A stretch of DNA of 55,109 nucleotides, taken from the NCBI GenBank assembly GCA_049684635.1, contig JBAVGD010000002.1, positions 1 through 55,109 on the forward strand, written 5' to 3'. Source of the DNA: Solirubrobacterales bacterium. GTDB taxonomy: Bacteria > Actinomycetota > Thermoleophilia > Solirubrobacterales > 70-9. The notes beneath the pieces were generated by a model. It was given only the letters and a program-made list of their open reading frames with translations. It made no database searches and had not been told where the DNA came from. Both the position numbers and the translations under genes were made by a program. Every line of letters begins with the position of its first letter. The stretch's first letter is position 1. Below are positions 1 to 7,687 of this stretch, in pieces.

Positions 1-171
1 GCTCTGGACGAGCCGCCACGCGTTCGCGCGATGCTTGGTGCGCTCGGCGAGGAGTTGCCAGCGGACCCGCGCACGCTCAAACGCCTGCGCGCCAGCCTCA
101 ACCCGCTCTCGACATTCGACTTCGGCCTCTTCCGCGACCTTCCGGCGGCGAAGAAGTGGCAGACGCGATGA
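1..171 (+). CDS. 3' end of a CDS truncated by the window edge; by position a candidate AbiEi-type antitoxin partner of the toxin fragment that follows
   Basis: Frame 1 is open from nt 1 (...LKRLRASLNPLSTFDFGLFRDLPAAKKWQTR) to TGA 169-171. This stop overlaps the next ATG (168) in an ATGA junction. No family motif is recognisable in the 56 visible residues. Confidence 0.35.
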   Translation, partial: ALDEPPRVRAMLGALGEELPADPRTLKRLRASLNPLSTFDFGLFRDLPAAKKWQTR

Positions 172-323
172 AGCTCTTCCAGCACGAGGATTTTGCCAGC
201 ATCGTGGCGGCCACGGCCGCCGCTGCGTCGCTGGAAGAGTCCTTCGTCGAGAAGGACTACTACATAACCGAGATCCTAAGGATCGTCGCCGGGCGCTACC
301 GCCCCGGCCAGGTGATCTTCAAG
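168..323 (+). pseudogene. N-terminal ~52 codons of an AbiEii/AbiGii-family (DUF1814) nucleotidyltransferase toxin; the rest of the gene is missing
   Basis: MKLFQHEDFASIVAATAAAASLEESFVEKDYYITEILRIVAGRYRPGQVIFK resembles the long-form AbiEii N-terminus (EKDY.. motif, then ..FKGGT). The similarity stops exactly before the expected GGT motif, where the DNA switches to ~30% GC. Confidence 0.55.
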
Positions 324-390
324 GCCTTATTTACCGTTACTGATATATTCATAGCTGTTGTGAATAAGGGCTATATTGTGAAAATTGAGG
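324..390. other. AT-rich (~30% GC) junction segment inside the 156..1409 ORF; probable rearrangement breakpoint and/or promoter of the downstream gene
   Basis: The segment gccttatttaccgttactgatatattcatagctgttgtgaataagggctatattgtgaaaattgagg contains TATTCA(346-351)-N9-TGAATA(361-366). It also contains two TATATT hexamers (344-349, 372-377). Confidence 0.6.
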
Positions 391-1409
391 GGCCGCTCGA
401 GGCGAACGCGCTCCGCATCCTGCGGCAGACCCCCGGGGTGACCGCGATCGCTCGCGAGCCCCGCGAGCGCGATCGCGGCGTGGAAGCCGTCCTTCGCTTC
501 GCCGGCACCCGGGCACGCGTGGCCGTTGAGACGAAGCAACGCGCGAACGCCGCCGCCGCGTGGCAGCTCGTCCAGTACACCAACGCGCACCCGGACACTC
601 CGGTGCTCCTGATCGCGGAGGAGACCACCGCAAAGGCCCGTGAGATCCTCGAACGGCACGGCATTGCGGTCATTGACGGGCTTGGAAACGCCCACGTCGA
701 ACTGCCTGGCCTCCTCCTCCACCTCGAGGGTCGCCCACGTCCGAAGCGGACGGGCGCAACCCCGGCCCGCTTGAGCGGCAAGACGGGGCTGGTCGGTCAG
801 GTGCTTCTCCTTCAGCACGAGCGGGCCTGGCACGTCCAGGATCTTGCAAAGAAGGCGGGCGTCTCGGCGGGCCTGGCACATCGCGTCGTCGCTCGCTTGG
901 AACGAGAGGGAATCATGGCCGCCGAGGGCAGCGGCCCCCAGCGTGTCCGGCGCGTCACCAATCCGGGTGCGCTCCTCGACCTGTGGGCCGAGGAGAACGT
1001 TGATCGACCGGCGCGGACATTGGGCTACCTTCTCGCGCAGACGCCGCAACGCCTCATCACGAAGCTCGGCACCAATCTCGGAGGCGGCGGCATCGACTAC
1101 GCCGTGACCGGCGCGGCGGCGGCGAGCCTGGTCGCGCCATTCGTCACTGCCGTTCCGATCGTCGAGGTGTGGGTAAGCGCAAGGACCGCGCCCGACGAGC
1201 TGTTGCAAAGAGCCGAGGCAGAGCCCGTGACTAACGGGGAGAACGTCGTGTTCCTTCAGGCGAAGGACGACGCTCCGCTGGCGTTTCGCGAGAAGGAAAA
1301 AGGGGTGTGGCTGGCCAACCCGTTCCGCCTCTACGTCGATCTGCTCCGTGATCCGCGTCGCGGTCGGGAGCAGGCGGAGCACCTTCGCCAGGAGGCCATC
1401 GGGTTTTGA
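360..1409 (+). CDS. winged-helix protein with a nuclease-like (E-x-K) N-terminal domain; AbiEi-like (long, Rv2827c-type) antitoxin/regulator candidate. Start is GTG 360 or GTG 378.
   Basis: Codon usage is coherent from ~385 onward. Central wHTH-like segment: WHVQDLAKKAGVSAGLAHRVVARLEREGIMAAEG. N-terminal segment ...RDRGVEAVLRF...RVAVETKQR... resembles a PD-(D/E)xK core. The C-terminal ...PFRLYVDLLRDPRRGREQAEHL is like AbiEi C-terminal domains. The ORF track fuses it in frame to the toxin fragment. Confidence 0.5.
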   Translation: MNKGYIVKIEGPLEANALRILRQTPGVTAIAREPRERDRGVEAVLRFAGTRARVAVETKQRANAAAAWQLVQYTNAHPDTPVLLIAEETTAKAREILERHGIAVIDGLGNAHVELPGLLLHLEGRPRPKRTGATPARLSGKTGLVGQVLLLQHERAWHVQDLAKKAGVSAGLAHRVVARLEREGIMAAEGSGPQRVRRVTNPGALLDLWAEENVDRPARTLGYLLAQTPQRLITKLGTNLGGGGIDYAVTGAAAASLVAPFVTAVPIVEVWVSARTAPDELLQRAEAEPVTNGENVVFLQAKDDAPLAFREKEKGVWLANPFRLYVDLLRDPRRGREQAEHLRQEAIGF

Positions 1410-1471
1410 GCCAGCGCGAGCATCACACCGGCGCCTCGCTGTCGCCGTACTCGCGCGGAAGGCCTCATGTC

Positions 1472-1879
1472 TCAGCCGCGCTTGGCGAGAAAAGCGATGG
1501 AGCGGCCGGGCTGGGTGCAGCTCACCGCTATGCCGGTCTCGGTCCGGGCCCCTATGCAGCGGTAGCCGTGGTAAATCGTGCAGCTGGGGCGCGAGACGTC
1601 AGCCGTGCAGGAGGCGTCATTGGCCCAGTTGGCGACGACTCCCCGACCAATCGGACAGCCAACACCGGTGACGCGCAGCTGCGAGGTGCCGGCGACCGTG
1701 GTGTTTCCGCAGCTCTGAGTGCTCGCACCGGGGGGAGCGGAGGTGCCGGTTGTGGGCGAGATCCGCTCCGGGGACGTGCCGGTTGTGGTTTGCGAGTGAT
1801 CCCCGGAGGAGGATCCGCAGCCGGCAGCGAGGATGGCGGCAAGGACGACCGGAAGGGGGAGACGGCGGGCGAGCCTCAT
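1472..1879 (-). CDS. small secreted Cys-rich lipoprotein, function unknown
   Basis: Signal peptide plus lipobox-like MRLARRLPLPVVLAAILAAGC, an S/T/G-rich linker, and 7 further Cys in the mature part. Confidence 0.7.
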   Translation of the reverse strand: MRLARRLPLPVVLAAILAAGCGSSSGDHSQTTTGTSPERISPTTGTSAPPGASTQSCGNTTVAGTSQLRVTGVGCPIGRGVVANWANDASCTADVSRPSCTIYHGYRCIGARTETGIAVSCTQPGRSIAFLAKRG

Positions 1880-1895
1880 GGCGATGCCACCTAAC

Positions 1896-2621
1896 CTATC
1901 CCGCGGCGCGGCCCGTGGTCAGTTCCCCGGCACGGGCAAAGATCTCATCGAGCATCTGCTCGGTGAGCCGCCCGGTAAAGGTGTTCTGCTGGCTGGGGTG
2001 GTAGGAGCCGAGCAGCATCCAGCCGTCCACCTCTGCCTCCACTCCGTGACCGAAGCTGGGTTTGGGCCGCGGCACATCGCAGCCCAGCTGACGCAGGGCG
2101 CGCAGCGTTCCGTCCCAGGCAAAGGCGCCGAGCGCGACGATAGTGCGGCAGCGCTTCAGCAGGGTCAGCTCCCGAGTGAGGTAGGGAAGGCAGTTGTCCC
2201 TCTCGGTTGGAGTCGGCTTGTTGGCCGGAGGTGCGCACCGAGCCACGGCCGTGACATAGGCATCTGAAAGGCGCAGACCGTCGTCGCGGCTCACCGCCCG
2301 GGACTGGTTCGCATAGCCGGCGCGATGCAGGGCGGCGTAGAGCCAGTCGCCCGAGCGATCTCCCGTGAACATTCGCCCGGTGCGGTTGCCTCCGTGCGCG
2401 GCGGGTGCCAGGCCGACGACGGCGAGCCGCGCGGTGGGATCGCCAAAGCCGGCGAGCGGCCGCGCCCAGTAATCGTCATCGCGAAACCGGCGAGGTGGGG
2501 AGGAGGCGCTTGCCTCGCGCCATGCGACGAGCCGCGGGCAACGGCAGCAGGCATGGATTTCGGTGGCCAGCTCATCGAAACGCTTGCGGTCGGATGAATT
2601 TGAAGCTTGCATAATGCTCAT
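1896..2621 (-). CDS. udgB: uracil-DNA glycosylase, family 5 (UdgB-type, 4Fe-4S)
   Basis: [22 protein letters not shown] is the family-5 GLAPA motif (family 4 has GEAPG). N-terminal CCRCPRL Cys cluster and a C-terminal HPSQQN motif. The start could alternatively be ATG 2612. Confidence 0.8.
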   Translation of the reverse strand: MSIMQASNSSDRKRFDELATEIHACCRCPRLVAWREASASSPPRRFRDDDYWARPLAGFGDPTARLAVVGLAPAAHGGNRTGRMFTGDRSGDWLYAALHRAGYANQSRAVSRDDGLRLSDAYVTAVARCAPPANKPTPTERDNCLPYLTRELTLLKRCRTIVALGAFAWDGTLRALRQLGCDVPRPKPSFGHGVEAEVDGWMLLGSYHPSQQNTFTGRLTEQMLDEIFARAGELTTGRAAG

Positions 2622-2639
2622 TGCCTATAATAGGATGGA

Positions 2640-3206
2640 GTGATACGGCACTATCCAGCGTACAAAGGAGTCGCTTTGGCTGCAAAACGTAAAAGGACGA
2701 GCAAGGCTAAACAGAAGAAGAGCTTGGCGCTTGAACTGAACCTCATCAAGGCATTGGCGCATGAGATGCGCGTCGAAATCTTCGGCATTCTGAATGAACG
2801 AGTCGCGAGCCCCAATGAACTGGCAAAGGAGCTGGGCGAAGGCCTGAGCCAGGTCAGCTACCACGTGAAGGTGCTCAAGGACTATGGCTGCATCAAACTG
2901 GTCAAGACAGAGCCGCGACGGGGTGCGGTCGAGCACTACTACCGCGCAACTGCCGGGGCTTTCCTTGCCGGCCGCGTCGACAAAAAAGGCTTGAAAGAAC
3001 TGAATGACCTGGTGGAGCGGACGCAGAAGCAGGTGGAGGCGATTCAAGCCAGAGGTTCTGCCCGCTTGGAGAAATCCGGTGGCACTGGAACCACGGCCGC
3101 GGTGATACTGCTGGGACTCGAGCTTCCAGAGGCACGGGGGAGCAAGCCCAAAGCAAGCAAGAAATCGAGCGCAAAACGTTCGAGTTCGACGAAAAAAAGG
3201 AAATAG
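2640..3206 (+). CDS. ArsR/SmtB-family wHTH transcriptional regulator with Lys/Ser-rich N- and C-terminal tails
   Basis: The ArsR-like core is LIKALAHEMRVEIFGILNERVASPNELAKELGEGLSQVSYHVKVLKDYGCIKLV. The tail is KPKASKKSSAKRSSSTKKRK. GTG start at 2640. GC is markedly lower than in the neighbouring genes. Confidence 0.8.
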   Translation: MIRHYPAYKGVALAAKRKRTSKAKQKKSLALELNLIKALAHEMRVEIFGILNERVASPNELAKELGEGLSQVSYHVKVLKDYGCIKLVKTEPRRGAVEHYYRATAGAFLAGRVDKKGLKELNDLVERTQKQVEAIQARGSARLEKSGGTGTTAAVILLGLELPEARGSKPKASKKSSAKRSSSTKKRK

Positions 3207-3225
3207 CGCTCGGCGACATGAGGTC

Positions 3226-3870
3226 GTGCCGGCGGGCCGTAGGCTTCGCCGGCGGCTCATGGAACAGCACCATCTAGGCCTTCGCAGCGGCAGCTGCCGC
3301 GGCATTTTCAGTGCCGCGGCGCTGCTGTCCTGCGTCGCGCTCCTGATCGCCGGCTGTGGGGCGCGCGGCCACGGCGCCGAGACCGACAGCGATAAGGCAT
3401 CAGACGCCGCCATTCTCAACGGGGCGCTCGCACGTGAGCTGACCACCGGCGACCTTTACGGTCGCGCCATGCCGGTTCTTCATGGCCGCCTTCATGCCGC
3501 GGGTCGGGAGTTCCATGCCCAAGAGGCTGAGTACGTCGATGCGATCACCAAGGCGATCCGGGGACTCGGCGGCGAAATCAGCGCCGAACGTGAAGCGGTC
3601 GATCTTTCCCATGTGAGGGGCGAGGCGCAATTTCTTGCTCTCCTCTACGAAAGGGAGGGCGAGGCACTTGCCTCATACCTCGGTGCAGCACCGCATCTGT
3701 TCACCACCGCCCCACGTGCCCTTGTCACGGCACTGGCGGCAGGACACGCCGAGCATCTGGTGATACTCCGCCAGGCTCTCGGAGCTGGTCTGGCGGCTTC
3801 GGTTCCGGAGGCCTTCGACAGCGGCGAAATCCCCCCGCCTGTCACTACCGACCGGCGAGGTACGGGATGA
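3226..3870 (+). CDS. ferritin-like domain lipoprotein
   Basis: Lipobox LLIAGCG. The ferritin-like pattern is DAAILNGALARELTTGDLY...EFHAQEAEYVDAITKAIRGLGG...HAEHL. The start may be ATG 3259. Confidence 0.65.
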   Translation: MPAGRRLRRRLMEQHHLGLRSGSCRGIFSAAALLSCVALLIAGCGARGHGAETDSDKASDAAILNGALARELTTGDLYGRAMPVLHGRLHAAGREFHAQEAEYVDAITKAIRGLGGEISAEREAVDLSHVRGEAQFLALLYEREGEALASYLGAAPHLFTTAPRALVTALAAGHAEHLVILRQALGAGLAASVPEAFDSGEIPPPVTTDRRGTG

Positions 3871-3877
3871 TGCCGCG

Positions 3878-6124
3878 ATGACCGCTCCGCTTTACGCGAT
3901 TGGGCGCTTCTGCTCGCGCCACCACTGGCTGACAATCGCGGCCTGGCTGGTGGTTGCGGTCGCCCTGGTCTTCGCCGGTCAGGCCGGAGACAGTAAGACC
4001 AACGACAACCTGACTCTGCCTGGAACCGGTTCCACCCGCGCTACCGAATTACTCGAAGACAACCTGCCCGCACAGGCCTTCGGAAGCAACCCGCTGGTGC
4101 TGGAGGCGCCGCGGGGAGCCGATCTCACCGCAGCCAAGTACGCGGCCCCGATCGAGCAGACCGTCAAGCGATTGAACGCGCTGCACGACGTCAACTCGGC
4201 CGTTGATCCGCTCAGCCCGGAGGGCGCGCCTTTCCTCAGCAAGAATCATTCGGTCGCCTACGTGCCCGTGGTGCTCAGCGTCGGGCCGAGCGAACTGACC
4301 GAATCGGAGGCGCAGGCGGTGCTGGACGCCGGTAAGCCCGCTGAAGCCGCCGGGCTCAAGGTCTCCGTTGGCAGCTACGTCGGTCAGGCGCTTTCGAAGC
4401 CCGACACCGGTGCCAGCGACGCGATCGGCATCGCCGCGGCGATCGTCATCCTTCTCTTTGCCTTCGGCACCGCAACCGCGATGGTGCTGCCGATCTCCTC
4501 GGCGATTGTCGGCCTGGCCTGCGCGCTCTCGATTATCCGCCTGCTCGAGCATGTGGTCCAGGTCCCGAGCGTCGCCTCGACCCTGGCGACGATGATCGGC
4601 CTAGGCGTCGGCATCGATTACGCCCTCTTCATCGTCACCCGCCACAAACTCCAGCTCGCCGACGGGATGGAGCTGCGCGAGTCGATCGCCCGCGCGACCG
4701 CGACCGCCGGCGGGGCCGTTGTCTTCGCCGGCTTCACCGTTGTGATCGCGCTCTGCTCACTCGCTTTCGCCGGCATCCCCCTGGTCAGCACGCTTGGTTT
4801 CACCGCCGCAATCGCCGTGGTGATTGCGATTGCCGCGGCGATCACGCTGCTGCCGGCGATGCTCGGTGCGCTCGGGCCGCGGATCAACTCGTTGCGGGTC
4901 CAGTTCGGCAAGACGCATCCCGACGACAAGCAGCCGCACGGTTGGACGCGCTGGGCCCGCGGTGTCGCCGATCGCCCCTGGCGCTCCGCCGTCGCGGCCC
5001 TCGCGGTGCTGGTGGTCCTGGCGCTGCCGATCTTCCAGCTCGAGCTGGGCCAGAACGACATCAGCGCCCTGCCCAAGTCGACGACGGCGCGCCAGGCCTA
5101 CGATGGACTGACGCGGGGCTTCGGGCCCGGATTCAGCGGCCCGCTTCTGGTCGCCGCCGAATTCGAAACGGCCGCGGAAGCGAAGCGAGACCTGCCTGGG
5201 CTGGAGAAGCAGATCGCCGCGACGCCCGATGTCGTCCAGGTTTCCGCACCGACCTTCGACAGGGCCGGGACGGTGGCGGTCTTCACCGTTGTCTCGAAGT
5301 CGGCACCGTGGGCTAACGAGACGGTCAGCCTGGTCGAAGACCTGCGCGAAACGGTCATTCCCAAGGCGCTCACCGGCAGCGGCGGCGTCGCGTACGTTGG
5401 CGGCCAGACCGCCGGCTACATAGACCTCGCCAGCCAGATCAGCGACAAGCTGCCGCTGATGATCGCGATCGTCGTCGGGCTCAGCTTCCTCGTCCTGCTG
5501 CTCGCCTTCCGCTCGCTGCTGGTGCCGATCAAGGCCGCGGCGATGAACCTGATCTCGGTCGCCGCCGCCTACGGTGTCGTGACCGCCGTCTTCCAGCTCG
5601 GCTGGGGTGCCTCGCTGATCGGCCTCGACCACTCGATTCCGATCGTCAGCTTCGTCCCGCTGCTGATGTTCGCGATCCTCTTCGGCCTTTCGATGGACTA
5701 CGAGGTCTTCTTGCTGACGCAGATGCGCGAGCACTACCGCCAGCACGGCGACGAGAAGCGGGCGGTGGTCGAGGGGCTCGCGAACACCGGCAGGGTCATC
5801 ACCTCCGCGGCGGCGATCATGGTCTGCGTCTTCACCAGCTTCGTGCTCAACGGCAATCCGGTCGTGAAGGAGTTCGGGGTCGGCCTGGCGGTGGCGATCG
5901 CGATCGATTCGACGCTCGTGCGGTGCCTGCTCGTCCCGGCGGTGATGGTGCTGCTCGGCCGGCGCGCCTGGTGGCTGCCCCGGCTTCTCGACAGGTTCAT
6001 CCCCCACATCAGCATCGAGGGCGAGGATTTCTTTGCCGGCCGTGATGCTCTTTCCGTGGCTGGAGCCCCGACTTCCGCCGTGCAGACGCATCCGGTCGAT
6101 CGGCCGCCGGGTGGAGAAGATTGA
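3878..6124 (+). CDS. MMPL-family (RND superfamily) membrane transporter
   Basis: 748 aa with two 6-TM bundles and two extracytoplasmic domains. N-terminus MTAPLYAIGRFCSRHHWLTIAAWLVVAVAL and GIDYALFIV / SMDYEVFLL motifs are typical of MmpL. Confidence 0.9.
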   Translation: MTAPLYAIGRFCSRHHWLTIAAWLVVAVALVFAGQAGDSKTNDNLTLPGTGSTRATELLEDNLPAQAFGSNPLVLEAPRGADLTAAKYAAPIEQTVKRLNALHDVNSAVDPLSPEGAPFLSKNHSVAYVPVVLSVGPSELTESEAQAVLDAGKPAEAAGLKVSVGSYVGQALSKPDTGASDAIGIAAAIVILLFAFGTATAMVLPISSAIVGLACALSIIRLLEHVVQVPSVASTLATMIGLGVGIDYALFIVTRHKLQLADGMELRESIARATATAGGAVVFAGFTVVIALCSLAFAGIPLVSTLGFTAAIAVVIAIAAAITLLPAMLGALGPRINSLRVQFGKTHPDDKQPHGWTRWARGVADRPWRSAVAALAVLVVLALPIFQLELGQNDISALPKSTTARQAYDGLTRGFGPGFSGPLLVAAEFETAAEAKRDLPGLEKQIAATPDVVQVSAPTFDRAGTVAVFTVVSKSAPWANETVSLVEDLRETVIPKALTGSGGVAYVGGQTAGYIDLASQISDKLPLMIAIVVGLSFLVLLLAFRSLLVPIKAAAMNLISVAAAYGVVTAVFQLGWGASLIGLDHSIPIVSFVPLLMFAILFGLSMDYEVFLLTQMREHYRQHGDEKRAVVEGLANTGRVITSAAAIMVCVFTSFVLNGNPVVKEFGVGLAVAIAIDSTLVRCLLVPAVMVLLGRRAWWLPRLLDRFIPHISIEGEDFFAGRDALSVAGAPTSAVQTHPVDRPPGGED

Positions 6125-6128
6125 GCGG

Positions 6129-6680
6129 ATGTTTCCCCTCAACCTTCCGAACTTCCTCACCCTCCTTCGCATCATTGCCGTGCCGGTCGTCGTCGTCGCG
6201 CTGCTCGGCGAGACGCCGAATGGAGACGCTCTGGCAGCTGCCGTGTTCGCGCTCGCGGCGTTGACCGACGGCCTCGACGGCTATTTCGCGCGCTCACGCG
6301 ATGCGGTGACCACATTCGGCAAGCTGATGGACCCCCTTGCCGACAAGCTGCTGATCACCGCGGCCCTGATCTCGCTGGTTTCGCTCCACCGGCTGCAGCC
6401 GTGGGTTGCGATGGTGATCATCGCCCGCGAGATCGCCGTCACCGGCCTGCGGGCCATCGCCGCCGAGCGGGGCATCGTGATTGCCGCCAGCTGGCTGGGC
6501 AAGGTCAAGACGGTGCTGCAGATCGCTGCCGTAATTGCCCTGATCGCGACGAACCCGGCTCCGGCCTGGGTCAACGCGCTTGTGTACGTCGCCGTCGCGG
6601 TGACGCTTGTCAGCGGTGCCGACTACTTCTTCGGCATCCGCCGTCGACTCAGGTCGCTGGAGCCTCGAGCCACTCCCTGA
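6129..6680 (+). CDS. pgsA: CDP-diacylglycerol--glycerol-3-phosphate 3-phosphatidyltransferase
   Basis: CDP-alcohol phosphatidyltransferase motif DGLDGYFAR...GKLMDPLADK. ATG 6129 lies 5 nt after the MmpL stop. The upstream part of ORF 6033.. overlaps mmpL and is discounted. Confidence 0.85.
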   Translation: MFPLNLPNFLTLLRIIAVPVVVVALLGETPNGDALAAAVFALAALTDGLDGYFARSRDAVTTFGKLMDPLADKLLITAALISLVSLHRLQPWVAMVIIAREIAVTGLRAIAAERGIVIAASWLGKVKTVLQIAAVIALIATNPAPAWVNALVYVAVAVTLVSGADYFFGIRRRLRSLEPRATP

Positions 6681-7653
6681 GAGTGGTGTGACGCCGCTGG
6701 TGCTCGCCGCTGTCAAGCTCGGCGCGCAGGTCGTCGAGCTTCCCGTAGCGTTCTGCGACCACGTTGTGCCGGTGGATCGTCTCGAGGTTCTCCTGGCGTG
6801 CCAAGACGAACGCCTCGCCGGGAAGGTCGGGGTAGTCCTCGATCACCCGGCGCACCATCTCCCGCACACAGTCCTCGACAAAGCGCGGCTGCGCGTGGGC
6901 CTTGGCGACCACCGCAAGCTCGTCCGGGCGCTTCATCAGCTCGTAGATCTCTGAGCTCATCGATTGCTCCACCACCTGCAGCAGCTGAGAGGCGTCGATC
7001 CACGACGGCCCTCCCTCGGGGCAGCCGACGTGAAGGGTGCCGATTCCGCGTTGGTTGTGGGTCGCAATCGGCACCACGTCGAGCACCCGCTCGATCTGCT
7101 CGTCATCGAAGTCCTGCTCGGCGAGGCGCTCGCGTGCCAGCCCCGCGACCATCTCCTGCGCGCAGGGGCAAGCGGTCATCCCCTGAGCCTGGACGCCTGT
7201 CAGCGTTCGCGTTCCTCGCGCCGAGTCAACCGCCGTCCCGAAGAGCATGTAGATCTCCTGCGTGGGCAGATCGCTGGCCGGTGTGCGAACCGTGGCCGGA
7301 TAGCGTGCGGTGACGGAGACCTCGGCACGCAGCCCGGACTGGCGCTCGCGGACCCGCCGGGCGATATGAGCGGCGAGGACCTCGGCACGGAACGCCTCGC
7401 CGAGCACCACTTCGTCGATCGCCTCGCCAACGATTTCCTCGAAGCGGGACATGTGAACCCCGGCCTGGCGGGGATTGAGGTCGACGAAGCACTCGAAATC
7501 GGCGTGGTAGAGGTTCTCGCTTCCATCCGCCTGAACCCGGATCGCCTTCTCGACGCCGGTGACACCCACACGGGAGAGGCTGACCTGAGTCGTCGGAGTC
7601 GACGACTGCACGTCCAGGGGGGAGCTGGGAGTGATGGTGGTCCGGCTTGCCAT
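6649..7653 (-). CDS. folE2: GTP cyclohydrolase IB (FolE2/MptA family)
   Basis: GVHMSRF, ACPCAQEM and ATHNQRG motifs. Its 3' end overlaps pgsA convergently by 32 nt. Confidence 0.85.
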   Translation of the reverse strand: MASRTTITPSSPLDVQSSTPTTQVSLSRVGVTGVEKAIRVQADGSENLYHADFECFVDLNPRQAGVHMSRFEEIVGEAIDEVVLGEAFRAEVLAAHIARRVRERQSGLRAEVSVTARYPATVRTPASDLPTQEIYMLFGTAVDSARGTRTLTGVQAQGMTACPCAQEMVAGLARERLAEQDFDDEQIERVLDVVPIATHNQRGIGTLHVGCPEGGPSWIDASQLLQVVEQSMSSEIYELMKRPDELAVVAKAHAQPRFVEDCVREMVRRVIEDYPDLPGEAFVLARQENLETIHRHNVVAERYGKLDDLRAELDSGEHQRRHTTLREWLEAPAT

Positions 7654-7687
7654 CGCCGATGAAGAGTAGGCAACCGAGACTCTCGAC

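Noticed and set aside
4757-6175. 472-aa minus-strand ORF antisense to mmpL (similar cases: 4049-4552, 4618-5076)
   Set aside because: It is an R/D/E/G/H-rich low-complexity translation with no motifs and lies wholly inside a strongly supported MmpL gene. This is a typical antisense open frame in high-GC DNA.
6649-6680. 32-nt convergent overlap of the pgsA and folE2 3' ends
   Set aside because: It is real in the sequence, but such tail-to-tail overlaps are common in compact high-GC genomes and need no special explanation.
7654-7687. Zur box upstream of folE2 (zinc-independent GTP cyclohydrolase genes are often Zur-regulated)
   Set aside because: No AT-rich palindrome of the Zur type is present in the short divergent region.
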